64,000 nt of DNA from Minutocellus sp. GHC0000111. Its lineage: Eukaryota. A program made the translations under genes and the position numbers. Positions 21,873 through 34,765 of this stretch are shown here, piece after piece. The notes beneath the pieces were generated by a model. The model was not told the origin of the DNA, did not search any database, and was given only the letters and a program-made list of their open reading frames with translations. The DNA lies in NCBI GenBank assembly GCA_977018835.1, contig OZ361256.1:5518001-5582000 (forward strand), in the 5' to 3' direction. Within the stretch, counting starts at the first letter, position 1; every line of letters starts with the position of its first letter.

Positions 21873-22829
21873 ATGAAAATGAGGCGTCGAGCACGCCGTT
21901 CGTCGTTGATACTCGCCGCTATTGGCGCATCTACTACTCTCTATTCCCCTCCTCCCTTCGCAAATGCCTTGTCCACCGGCACAGCGCTCTCCGCTGCTAT
22001 TAGTACCACCGGTGCATGCCATGCTGCCTTCCCCGGCTCCCAACCAACCACCGAGCACGACAAGTCCGTCCTCCGTCGTCAGACGGGCCAGACGGCCCCC
22101 GCCGAGGCGGCCATCGGCGTCCCCTCAACGTGTTCCTGCTGCCACGGCTTTCCCCAGGCATTTGCCATGGATCCGTTCCCCGCCAATGGACGACGGATCA
22201 ACTCCGGCCTTGTCAAGTTGTCCTGTCCCCATCTGGTCCGGGCTGTCGATGAGCTGGAGGATGAGGGTGGGATCGGTGCGATGAACGATCTTGTCAAGGG
22301 CAGCGAGGAGTTGCAGCGGTCCATGGTGCTAACGCATGAGCTGCATGCCAGGGTTCGAAGGGACATGCTGGAGGATGTTGATGCAAAGATGAATGGTGAT
22401 GATGCTGATGAGCAAGCAATAGGAGCAATGAATGACATTCTGCGACAAAAGTTGGGCGAAAGGGGCGCCGAGGCATTCCTATCGTCGGGCGTGGCAGGCG
22501 CCAGCGCCGGATCGACGGACGATGTCAAGTGCCTGCATGCCTGGTTGGGGGATTATCTGTTTCGAGGAGCAACAGAAGATGATGAGAGTGATAACGATGA
22601 TGTTCCTACATCGATAGCGATGGGACGTGCTGTGGCACAAACACTGAAGGAGAGGGGAGTGGATATTTCGGGGACAGAAAGCTGCCGATCATTGTGCGAT
22701 CCCAGCAGCAATGCCGCGCCGTTGCCACCGAGACCGAGAAACAAGCAGAGGTTGAAGACGGGGAAGGAAATTGCGAGACGAAAGAGACGAAGAAAAGAGG
22801 ACGAGGCGGAGCAGCAGCAAGAAGCATGA
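21873..22829 (+). CDS. DUF501-family protein with N-terminal targeting sequence
   Basis: CSCCHGFPQ, LSCPHLVRAVDELEDEGG and GVAG...VKCLHAWLGDYL match the DUF501 pattern. Hydrophobic N-terminal presequence. Confidence 0.75.
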   Translation: MKMRRRARRSSLILAAIGASTTLYSPPPFANALSTGTALSAAISTTGACHAAFPGSQPTTEHDKSVLRRQTGQTAPAEAAIGVPSTCSCCHGFPQAFAMDPFPANGRRINSGLVKLSCPHLVRAVDELEDEGGIGAMNDLVKGSEELQRSMVLTHELHARVRRDMLEDVDAKMNGDDADEQAIGAMNDILRQKLGERGAEAFLSSGVAGASAGSTDDVKCLHAWLGDYLFRGATEDDESDNDDVPTSIAMGRAVAQTLKERGVDISGTESCRSLCDPSSNAAPLPPRPRNKQRLKTGKEIARRKRRRKEDEAEQQQEA

Positions 22830-23132
22830 TTTCTGTTGTGAAATAAATTGCATGCGCGCAAAGAGTGTCCCACACTAAAGTAGGCCCTCCTACTACGTAG
22901 CTAGACTAGCTAGTATCTATTAGAGATCTTTTAGGTCATGCAGTACAGTTTTGGTTGGTGCCGATGGGCGGCTGATTGAGCAGCAGACACTTTCTTTCCA
23001 TGTCATCGTATCATCAGTCAGACGTTTTTTGCGCTCAACGCCGACAGCAGGTCGGTTGTTCTGACGATATCGATACGACGGCATAAAGCAAAGCACCCAC
23101 CCACGAGCGACGCAGTCCACACACGCACCAGC

Positions 23133-24260
23133 ATGTCGGCAATATCACGACAGCAAAAGACCAAGGGAGAGGGCTTCCTCATCGAGGCCGAGAAGACGCT
23201 GGCCAAGAAGACGTGGTTCGCCAGCTCCACCGAGCAGAAGCACGAGGAGGCCGCCGAACTGTACGAGAAGGCCGCCAATGCCTTCAAGGTCGGCGGATGC
23301 CATGCCCAGGCCGGCGATGCCTACAGCAAGGCGGCCGAGATACACAGAGACCAGTTGAAGCAGCTGGGGGAGGCCAGCAAATGTCTCTCAAGTTCTGGTA
23401 AGTTGTTTAGTGGTGATGGCACATAATATGCGGAGGCATCTTGCTTCGCTGGGGATAAAAATCGGCGAGGATTGTTTCGTGCTTTGTTTGATACATGGAA
23501 CGACCGAAAGGAATGGAAGTTTTCACCTACTATTGTGTTCAATTACGCTTACTCACTCATGTTTGTGATTTAATGCCCATGTAATTTTGCAACAGGAGCA
23601 ATGTACAAGAATGTGGATCCGGCGATTGCCGTTGAAAAGTACCAGTCGGCCATCTCTCTCCTTTGCGATGCCGGCCGATTGACGCAGGCTGCCAAATTGT
23701 CCAAGGAAGTTGCCGAGATATTTGAGAATGACGAGGAGGCCAACATCAGCCTGGCCATTGAGAACTACGAGCAGGCCGCGGAGCTGTTCGGCACCGAGCA
23801 GTCCCGCTCCCAGCAATCGCAGTGCATGGCCAAGGTGGCCGAACTTTGCTCCGCCGCCCTGGACCCGCCCGACCTCCTCCGCGCGGCTCAGATTTACGAC
23901 AAGCTTGGACGGGAGTGCTTGGAGTCCAACCTTCTCAAGTTCAATGCCAAGGGATACTTCCTCCAGAGTGCCATGTGCCACCTGGCCAACGGAGATTCCA
24001 TCGGTGCCACCCAGGCCGTTCAGAAGTATGAGAATTTGGACTACACCTTCTCCGATGCGCGGGAGGGCAAGTTCGCTCGGCAGCTCATTGAGTGCGTGGA
24101 GAACTACGATCCGGAGGGATTTGCCACGGCGTGCTTTGAGTATGATCGCATTACCAAGCTGGATCCGTGGAAAACGTCGATGCTGGTCAAGGTGAAGCGG
24201 ACCATTGAGGGTGAGGGTGAGGGTGGTCTTGGTGGTGATGATGAGGTCGACCTGACGTAA
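23133..24260 (+). CDS. SEC17: Alpha-soluble NSF attachment protein (exons 23133-23397, 23596-24260)
   Basis: KHEEAAELYEKAANAFK, ESNLLKFNAKGY, FSDAREGKF and YDRITKLDPWKTSML...DLT*. In-phase GT-AG intron. Confidence 0.95.
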
Positions 24261-24769
24261 TCATCGTTGGTTGATGATGCCAGGTGGATGCTGAAATTGA
24301 GTAGGGTGAAATCAAAATGTGCGGAGAGGGAAGGCTATGGTGGTATTGATGAGGACCTTGTGGCTGGCATTCTCTGGGCCTGGAAAAATTCCAATACCAC
24401 AGAAGGGGAATGTTGGGCCAATACGCACGTCACTCTTCGACCAACGTGGTAGGGAGGCAAGGCCCTGCCTCTCTGTAGCTCGAATGCTTCTTCCGCCGTA
24501 GGTAGAGCACTTGTAGATAGGAATTACAATTGCCTCTACTCTGGTTTACTTTACTTGAATAGTCTCTGCAGCTTTACGTTGCTTTTGTTGATGCTTCCTC
24601 TGTGACAGGCGCTTGTCGTCAGGTCCAGAATGAGAGAGCTGGTCGAAAATGCGAAATCACGAGTGCGAAGCGCACAAGAGGTACATGTAAACGTAAGAGT
24701 ACTGTACAACAGCACAGGCAACAGGCAACAGAGCGGCGGCGGGCTCAATAATCACCAAATGACAACAAC

Positions 24770-27739
24770 ATGTTCAACTACTCCTCTACCGAATCCGAGA
24801 CATCCTCGGACGACGAAAAGGATAAAGCAACAGGCCTCTCCACCAATCAAAATCGACTTCTCTACCTGCTAGATCTACACACCAAGAGAGCTGAGGATCG
24901 AGACGATGCTGACTTGTGGATCCGCAAGCAAGCCTTGTCGGTATTGGTTTACGAGGGCATCATCAAGGAGGTACGTTGGGTTCGATTTTGCATCCTTGAT
25001 ATGAGAGAAGGCCATCGGGAACCTCCGAAGAGCGCAGGATGCGGTCTAGTAAGTCGACGCGCCCAATAGGGTGAGAGATCAGGTCCTTGTCTTTTCCTGC
25101 CGGTTGCAGGAAGACTTGATACTCTCGGGGTAGCAGTAATGCCCCATGGTTGCATAGACAGTGTCGTGCCGAGTAGTAGTCGATCGCAACAAGAAGCGTG
25201 TAGTTCTTGATACATCAATACATTCATTACTACTAACTTCAATGGTTCCCTTTTTGTCTTCCTTCATACCCTGCTTTTCTTCACGCAGACGCTAGATTAC
25301 GACTATGCTCCAACGTCCACCCTGATCAACAACCGAAGGGTTTGGATCAACGTGTCTCAGGAGGGACAGTCTGACATTGAATACTTGCGCGAAGAAGAAC
25401 TCATTTGCGCCCTACAAGTATCGTCTCGTTCCTACAAGCCGGTGCTTTGCTATCAGATCTCGGATCGTGGACGAGAATTGGCCCGTCGTATTCCCCGCAA
25501 GGATAAGGATGCCATCGATGAACTTGCCTACATGGAGGGCTCTCGAGAGCTCCTCAAGGCCGTGTGGGATGGCGATGCCTACTGGTTGGAGTCACCCTCG
25601 GGTTATCGATGCAAATCGACCATTACAGAGACGGAAGATGTTTCGTATGTCTCGTCTGCCTACATTCCGCAGTGTCTGCGCTACGGGGGACGGCCCACTC
25701 TATCTAACGCTCATCGAGCACATGAGTCTGGAATGGCAGCCGCCGACAACATTCGAGATCATGACCTGGATGAGATCATCACGTTGAATTCGGTGTCGGT
25801 GATTGTTGCCGAGTACGTTCCGTTTGGGGCAAATCAGCTGGTACAGCTCAATAACAACGTGGGAGCCACGGAACGAGTGCAGGGTGGCTTCGTCTCCCCG
25901 GCCATTGATGACGACGCAGCAGGAACAACGGTGGAAATGTCTCCCGAACTAACTTCCGTGGAGCTGTTGGATTACACTCTAACCAACCATATCAACTTTG
26001 AGGCCAAGATTCGTTTTCCAGAAGATCCTGGAGTCGTTCAGGTGGAAACGTTTGGCATTTCTCTCAACGCAGAGGGCACTTGCTTCTACGGAATGCAGAT
26101 TGAGGCTGTAATGGACCGCGTCAAGGACAACATATCGTTGGATCACTTGGCTCGCATTCTGGTGGACGTGCAACAGGATTCTTCGGCGATCGTCGACTCG
26201 GTCCTCTCCCAGTACCAACGTGATTTGCTCAATCTCATCTTCATTGGAGATGCTCCCAACCGCAACAAGGTCAATCTCATTATTGCCAATGAGATTACGC
26301 CTCACCTGACCGCGGAAGAGTACATGGACAAGGGAGAGTACGAGAACGAGCTCATGCAAATCATTGGGGATACCCATGCGGCATATGATATCAGCGAGCA
26401 CGACGTCCTTGTCTTTGGTGCTCATGGTCTTCTGCTGGTAGGCCCTCATGCTCGTCACCACGAGCCCTTGTTGTGTGCCTACCTTCAATTCATCACGCTC
26501 GACATTTTTCTTCAAAACTTCTTCTCTCGAATGTGGATCCTCAACGATGACATGGAGACGACCAATCGAATCATCGATTCCATCGAGACCGATCCAACGG
26601 CTCTGGAACGTGTCAGAGGACGCATCTGTACCTTGTCGCGAGAAATCATCCAGCTCGATGAGATCTTGGGATATCTACTGGAGGCTCTTCAAATCATGGA
26701 AGTACCTCCAGAGCCACCCGAACTGGCAGGAAGATCCCTCTACGACCGTCTAGAGATTTCTGGCATGCGGAATCAGCTCGTACGGCGAACAACCGACGTC
26801 AAGAAGAACATTGAGGGTGCACAGCGCTACCTCAACGTCTTGAGAGAACGAGCCAATGTAGCTTCAGAAGGCAAGATGGTTCAACTAAGTGAAGGCCTGG
26901 AGCAGAGCACCAAGAGTCTTTGTGCGCTGCAGATATCCAACTCGGACACGGTGCATTCACTACAGATTTTGCAAATCATCTTTGCCGGTATGGTCGCCTT
27001 TGACGTGCTGGATCGAATTACCGGTGATTGGACTGTCGTCGATACAATCTGGATGGAGAATTTCAAGAAAAGGGTGCTCGGAGAGAACGCCCTTGTTTGG
27101 TTTGTGATTAGCATACTGGCTTGGATTGTGGCATCCATGCTCGTATCAAGGTCTTTCTTTGTCCTGACCTGGAAGAGTCGAGGCACCACATCGGTGAGGA
27201 TCCGGCTCAATCGAAAGTTTCACGCAGACAAGCTCCGGCTTCTCCTCAAGGACAAGGTCAAGTCGACCGACGAGCGATGCTATGAAGATGGCAGGGAGAT
27301 CGTCAAGCTCACATACGAGGATCCTGCTAAAGATGATTGGGGGGGAGCAATGCCTACAATAATATTGGAATATGACGACCGCAATGGCTTTCTGTTGACG
27401 GCGACAATCAGCTACAACCGGCGTGCGGCCAAGAAGAAGGAGCTGGTATTCACTGGCGACGAACTGCGTCCAAAGCTCGAAATGGAATTCAACAAGGTCG
27501 GCTTATTCCAGAAGGAAGACGGCGAACGACTCGCAAGGGACGGCCTGGCCATAGAGAAGCGTACACTCCTGCAAAAGCGAGAGGCAGTAGAAGAAAGCGG
27601 TGGAGGTGTTGGCAATGGTATAGGCTTCGCCGGCTCGTCCTCGGCGAAGGTGATTCCACTGCCACCGGCGCCTCCTGCGCCAGATGTCCAGGCGAGTCTC
27701 CTGACGACGAAGAGAGTGACTATGCTGGATGTTGTTTGA
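24770..27739 (+). CDS. Uncharacterised protein with long helical stalk and two C-terminal TM helices (exons 24770-24970, 25289-27739)
   Basis: A phase-0 intron at 24971-25288 joins ...VYEGIIKE to TLDYDYAP.... About 880 aa, with two hydrophobic segments (ILQIIFAGMVAF, VWFVISILAWIVASML). Confidence 0.75.
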
Positions 27740-28144
27740 TCACGCATCCCATTTGGCTGTTCGTCTCAGACGGAAGGTCTTCGACTCAGCTCCGATAACT
27801 TAACTTTATCGGCGCCGTGTCTTGACTGATACATACATTCGTCCCTCTGGACTACTACCTCGCTGGGTATGCCAATTAATAAGACCTCCTCAGATCCTTG
27901 AGTTGTCCCCAGGATGAGGTCAATCGCGAAGAAGCATGGTAAATAAATATTGTGGTTCTACGATGGTGAGCCCCCCGGCTCTTTGCTTACATTTCTGATT
28001 TGCAGGGACCAATAACGTTCGGTCAGGCGAAGACAATGCAATGATAGCATCAACCGCATCACATCACAACACCCTCGAGCGCAATGTAGTGATAATCCTG
28101 AAACCATATCTAGATGCTTGCTTGCACCACTTTTAAAAGGTTTC

Positions 28145-29336
28145 TTAGCTCGTATCACCCGCGTTGAACCGATGCTTCCTCAGCATGGCCTTGAGCTCAT
28201 CGACTCCCTGGGTAGTGCCGAACTTTTCGGCGCGCTTCAATCTCTTCTCAATCTCCTCCTTGGGCAGGAGCGGCTTCTCGGCGGGCTTCTTCTGCCCTCC
28301 CTGCTGCTGCTTCTTTTGCTTCTTCTTGGCACTTCCGCCATCACCACCTCCGCCACCACCCTTGTTCTTGTTACCTCCCTTTTGCTGCTGCTGACCACGC
28401 TTCCGTTTGCCAGGAGTACCATCGCCTCCTCCTCCTCCTCCGCCGCCGCCCTTATTCTTGCCCTTGCCCTGCTTCTTGCCCTTGTTGGGTGTGGGCTTGC
28501 CCTTCACCTCAACCACGGGGATACCAAACCGAGCAGCCCGGGCGGCCTTCTTGTCGGCAAAGGACTTGGCATCGGCGGCCGATGGAGCAGAAGCGGCAGC
28601 ATCAGCGGGGGCAGGAGCCGCGGCAGCAGCGGCCTCCTCGGTCTTCTCCGATTCCTTTGGCTCCTCGGCCTTGTCCTCTTCGGCGGCGGCAGCGGCTGGC
28701 TTCTCCTCCTCGACGGGAGCCTCGGCTTCGGCAGGAGCTTCGGCCTCGGCAGCAGCAGGCGCAGCCGCAGGGGCCTCCGCCGAAGCCTCGGGGGCGGCCA
28801 CCAGACCGAACTCCTCCTCGTCCAAACGAGCCTGGAGGCGGGTGACGAGGTCAGCCTTGAGACCCTCGGTGGGCAGACCGCGCTTCTCCAGCTCCTCGCG
28901 GAGCTCCGCCACTGTGGTGTTGCAAATAATGGTAGTTGTCATTGAATTGATTGGTTTGCAATCCGAACACGTCCATCCATCAATAACATTTATTGTGCGG
29001 CATTATTTGGAGAGGGGAGAAGGCGTGTTTAGTGATATGTTCAATTCGTCGACAATAAAGAGAGATTCCCGTTGCAAATGATGCATGCAAAGGCGTCAGG
29101 CAAACCATGTGCAATGACGGTATGCTACGGGGTGGTGCCTCGGCAGAGGATTGAGCAAGACGTATTCTTCTTCACCTCAACGGACCTGTGGGCACATGCA
29201 TCGGCTCGGGTGCGCACAACTTCGTTGGAAGAGAGAAGCTTTCATTTCAAGATCATACATGGCGCGACTGCACCAACCACCCCTGCTGCTATAAATTTCC
29301 TCCATCCTTACCTTTCATCTTCTTGATGTCCGTCAT
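28145..29336 (-). CDS. SAP-domain RNA-binding protein, THO1/SARNP/MOS11-like (exons 29336-29312, 28911-28145)
   Basis: The micro-exon MTDIKKMK(V) splices to AELREELEKRGLPTEGLKADLVTRLQ (SAP domain). KKAARAARFG and RLKRAEKFG are Tho1/MOS11 C-terminal motifs. Confidence 0.85.
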
Positions 29337-29672
29337 GGTTGCTGCAGTTCGTCAGTTCGGTTGCAGATACGGCTCCGAGCACGAGATGTGTTCGATCGAT
29401 CGGAGCGTTTTTAGAATACAGGGGCAAACGATACGGGGGTAAAAGTAGGAATGAAGCGACGGACTGAAGGACAGACGAGATCGCAAGCGGCGCCTCGCCT
29501 CATGCCTCATGCTCACTTTTTCGTATCATCCAGCTGGGGAACAGCGGCGCTGGTACCAGTCCCTTAGCACGAGCCGCGTTACATCTCGGAGCACGTTCAG
29601 TGGTTGTGGGGATATAGTGGCACATATTGCCCATCTCACTTTGCATTTTTTAGAAAAACAGTCCAGAGAACA

Positions 29673-32600
29673 ATGGACCGCCGAGGAGGAGGACCCCGAG
29701 GCGTTGGCGGAGGACGCTCCAGCTACGGTGGAGGGGGTGGCGGCCGGCCCTCCCTCGATGCCATGGACTACGACGAAATTCCCAAGGATCTGCAAGAGGA
29801 GGAGGACAACCCCGCCGCCCCCGACATCACCGACGAGTCCGGCATCGATTCCGAACCCGGTGCCCTGGCCGATCAGGATCCCTTCGAGGCCGCCATTGAC
29901 GATTTGGAGGGTCGGGCCATCTCGGCGTTGGATGAGTTCAAGCTGCACAGCGGCACGCGGTCGAGTTCCACCCCGGGAAGTCCGACGTTGCACGAGGAAT
30001 TGGCCCAAATATTGCGACCGGTGCTGGAGGTGTCGGCTCACGTCGGTCCAAGTCTGGCCCGATCGCATGCCCCGTATCGGCCCAATGGTGTAGATCAGAC
30101 GGTCGACGAGATGGTGCGTTTATGAGCTGCGTTTGAGATGCATGGGGCAGTTGCTACTGCCGATTTCCTTTTTTGGTTCGAGCCATGTGGTTGTTTACAC
30201 AGCTCCGTCGGGTTTGTATTTGATGTGGCGATCATTCTATTTGCCCCAACACACCTCTAACCTGTTTGCCTTTTCTATCCTTTTCAACCTTTCAGTACCG
30301 TCGGGTCAACTCGGATTTGATCTTTCCCGTCATGTTGGAGACCTGTCAGAGCGATCCCATCCCCGCCAAACGTGCCGCGGCGCTTCAACTCTTTCACAAT
30401 CTGTATAAGGAATGCAAAATGTCCGGTAGTTATTTGGACGCCACGTCCACCGGCCTCACCGCCGGTCCGTATGGGGAGGGTCAAAAGGGTGGATCGGCCG
30501 CCAACGCACAGATACCGCCGCAGATGCGACCGCTGATCAATCGGCGGAAGCAACGGACGTCGGTCCGTCGAGCCGAGCTTCTGCGGTACTGGGTCGAGGC
30601 CAGCGCCCACTGCACCAGTCCTGGCAACTTCACCGACGTGCGGAGCGACGGGGCCGTGGCCTCCCGTGCCATATTGAGTGCCAGTGCCGCCCTCCGACCG
30701 TCGTTGAAGCACATGGCCGATCGGATCAGTTCGGCCGACGATGCCGGTGCGACGAGGCTGTACAAACCATTGGCACGGATGATTGCCGGCGTGCTACGTC
30801 GGCTGTTCGTGCAGGGTGAAAGCAAGGGGATGGACGGGGACGATGATGGCAGTGGGCGGCCCAGTCCGGAGGTCGATGCGCTCCGAAGTGCTTCGGTCAA
30901 GTTCTTGGAGATTGTGGTGGCATGCTTCTCAACACGAGCCCAGCCGGGAGGGGCCAGCGCTGCTGGTAGAAAACGTGGAGCTGGCACCGGTAGTGTGAGT
31001 CAAGTCATGGATCTAGCTAGTGTTGTGTATGTTCGGGGCATGTTCATGATGTTTGCAACATTTCTCACTCAACCTTATTTATTTTACCACTCCAATCTTC
31101 ACACCAAATTTTCTGCAGTCGGACGATTTTGCCCTGGAAGATCTACCCACCGGTCACCCCATCATTACTCGCGAGGCATTAGAGGAAATTGGAGGATATG
31201 CATTCAATACTTTGCGTGGCTTGACATTGATTGGTGGTCAGGTGAAGATCGATCCGAGTCTTTTGCCAGATATGTTGTCGGCGATGGATGAGAGCGGGTA
31301 TGGGATCAATCCCACGGATATGATTCTTGATCTTATTAAGCCTGCCGCTCTAACATTCCTTGAAATCGAATCGGCCGCAATGGAGAGTCAACAGCGAAAT
31401 GACGATAAAGACGACAATGACAGGCTCGACATAAATTGGTCGACGCTTGAGCTGGATTTTGTCCTCACTCAAAAGTCTTACTCCCTCTCGATCAACGCCA
31501 TGTCCATGCTAGCAACAAATCGTCGGACATTCTTTGAAGATACCGCACGTGCTCTTGCACTACGCACGATGGATCCTCCAACATCTCAAGATGGCGGTGC
31601 AGCCAATACGCCTCGTCGCAATGCCATGCTTGATTCCGCTCTCAACAAAGGTTCAGCAAAGGCCATCCAATCACAGCTCAAGGCTTCTTGTCTGACTTTG
31701 CTTCGTAACACTCTGTCCGTGACGGCGGGTGGCTTTGAGATCTTGCACAAGGCATTGATTTCGGCTGGAATGCAAATTCAGGCTGACAAGGCGCTCAAGG
31801 TGGCCAAACAGCAGGCGGCCTTGCGAAAAGCTGGTCGTGCCGCGCGTAATCGTGCAGCCATCTTCTACGAGTGGGAGGCTGCGCCCGATGAACGAAGCAG
31901 CAAGCGTCAAAAGCGTACTGATGATGCGCTCGCTCAGATGAGATCTGCCCGTGCCGCGAGAGGGCTGGGAGGTGGCATCCAACTCCCGAGTAGTATGACG
32001 GACGCCTGCGAGCTTGTTATGCTCAACATCGATAACTTGCCAGACCAGAGGCCACCGGGATCTGCCGCGTCCACGACCGATAAGAGGAAAGGCATTACCG
32101 ATCTCGCTTCACTTATCGATGCAGTATTGTCCAATGGCGCTTCCCTCGCTGCCGAGAAGGGCATGTGGTACAACCGCGATGGAGGTAGTGCTTGGACCAT
32201 GGAAGTCGATGATGACGCTATGATGGTGGAAGGTTCCAAGGAAGTCCTACGATTTGCGCTTGATCCAAAAGCAGTTGACGCCGCTGAGTCCATTATCTCG
32301 GAAGGGAAAGTTAATACAGACGAAGCCACTCGATACGACGGGCAAAGAGCAGAGGCCGCATCCGAAGCATTCGGTCGCCTTGTCCTCCGCTCTTCGACTG
32401 CCAGGTCGAAGAGCCTTGCCGATTTGGGCAACCAGGTTGCTGCGAGACTCACTTGGACCCTTCGCAACGTCAAGCCTTCTGCCGATCTTGAAGCTGCCAC
32501 AAGCCTCGCTACTGAGAGCATTGATGCGCTCAAGAAGAAGTGCAGTGAAGATTCCTCCAACGATCAAAAAGCGAAGGAAGCAACTGCCATCGATAACATT

Positions 32601-34418
32601 TCAAAAGATTATCCTCTTGTCCCGTGCTGCCTCACCCTGAACATGACGGCGGCAGCACAAACTGGAGAAGAGCCCACCAGTACCCTCACCTCGCTTTCTG
32701 GTGTGGCGCCATCGTTGGCCAATCGAACCCTGAATGAGGCATACCTGCAAAGTTTCGGCGCTGCCGCCTCTTCCGCCGAGCCAGCAACCCCCGATCTATA
32801 TGAAAGCACCCTGGATATGTATCTCTCTTCTGTCGTTAGTACATGCGACGCCGCCGACAATGCACCCAATGATGCACAACAGAAGCGTGCCGCGACGGTT
32901 GCAGCAGCATCACTCCCACAGCAACTCGCCATGCTGCCCGCCTTGGGCCCCTCGTCGTTGGAGATAACGAGTTCTCTTTGCGATATTGCCGAAATCACCA
33001 AGAAGGCTGCCGAAGCCTCGAAGAAGTCATCCGACAAGACTCTCGCGGCTTCCGCGTCTATTCACGCAGCCAAGGCTGCCGCCGAGAAACGTGCTACCCA
33101 GGCCCTCTTCGCTCTCCGTGATGCTGCATATCAACGAAGCTCTTCATCAAGTCGCCGCAGCGCTGTCGACTGTGCTGTTGGTATTGCTTCTGGACGCTTG
33201 CCCGCTAGTCCTGTCGTGGAGGGCAATGCTCTGAAGCTCGTTATGAATGTTCTCTACGTCAAGTCCGCCAATATTGCCGATTGCGTCGTCGCTGCAGCTA
33301 CTGAAGAGCTGGAGCGCACGGCCAACTATGCCATCGAAAGCTACGGCCGCATCCAAAAGGCCAACGAGGAAGCCAAGGAGAATGACGACGCGGCGGATGC
33401 AAATGTCAGTCCGCTCAAGCCATGCAGTGACGAAGAGAAGGAGGCCATGGACAAAATGCGCAAACCGGTCGTCCTATTCATGGCTTTATGTGTTCGTCGA
33501 CCAGACATCATCAAGACACTCTTTGAGAAGGGATCCAGAGAAAAGGCCGACGCCCTCGCCAAGACAATCACGGTTAACATGTCCAAGCTCTCCAAGGCAG
33601 CTGTAACGAAGCATGGCGCCGCCAAGGTTGCATTGCAGGTTGCTGACATGGTGGATGAGTCTGAGACTGAGTTATTCCTCTCGTTTTTGGACAATCTCGT
33701 CCAGAAATCGGACAAGACCCCGCCGAAGCAGGACCTCATCGATGCCTGCCATGCCATTCAAGAGAAGCGAGTTGGCGGCGATGGCAAAAAGGATATGCGC
33801 TACATAATTCCTGTACTTTCCGGAATGTCGCGAGATGTCCTAAATTCCAAGCTTCCTGACTTTGTCGCCGCGGACGACGATATTTTCAAGAAGGCGCAAC
33901 GAAGAATGAGCGAGAGGCTGATGAAACACGCCCTTGTCTTCCGAGATGATCCCGGCAAGGACGAGAGTCTCCACGGAATGACCCTCTGCGAGCAACTTGT
34001 CTTCCTTCATCAACTCGACTTCGCCGCGGTCGGTCTGCCACAGAAGCGTTATCTCAAGTCCATCGAAATATGTCTCGAAGAAGACAAGATATTCTCTGAT
34101 CGTGTACTCATGGCCGCATTGGACTACATCAGCGGTACCTTCCTAACCAACCAGACCAAGTTGCCTTTGGCCTACATGCGCACCATCATTTTGACGTGTT
34201 CCAAGCACGAAAGTCTTCACTCCTGGATCTGCCACGTCCTACTGCCTCGCCTAGTCGAGGGTAAGATCTACGAAGATCGAAGGCAGTGGGAGGGATGGAT
34301 GAGATGTGCTAGGATGCTGGAGAATACCGGAGAGGGTGTGAGCAGTCTTTCTGCCATCGAATCTCTTCCAGAGGAGCAGAAAATCATCTACCGCAGCAAG
34401 AATCCGAGAAAAGATTGA
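29673..34418 (+). CDS. SYMPK: Symplekin/Pta1-like polyadenylation scaffold (exons 29673-30113, 30296-30994, 31119-34418)
   Basis: Two phase-0 GT-AG introns join three ORFs. The C-terminal IIPVLSGMSR...LPLAYMRTIIL...LPRLVEGKIYEDRRQWEGWMRC is the Symplekin_C pattern. Confidence 0.85.
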
Positions 34419-34765
34419 GCTTCCAGCGATCTACTACCACGTAGCTGGCAGCAATTGGTTGCCGTCGCACATAATGCCAATTAGGGGGATATTTATTTTA
34501 TGCCATACTTTTTCTGCGTCTATCAATGTGAAACCACCCCTCTCAGAAAATATGGAAGGATGCCTCGCCGGCCTCGCCATGAAAGAGCGTGGTCTGTCAT
34601 TAACAAAAACAGCTGAGACGTTGTTTATTCCATGCAATAATAATTAATTAGATTTACCTCGATACCAGCATACTGGCAGCCACTGCCCATCCCTTCAGGG
34701 GTCACCAAGCTTACGGTATCATTGCGGCAAATTAAATCATGACTTTTTTGATCGAAGCAAAGAGG

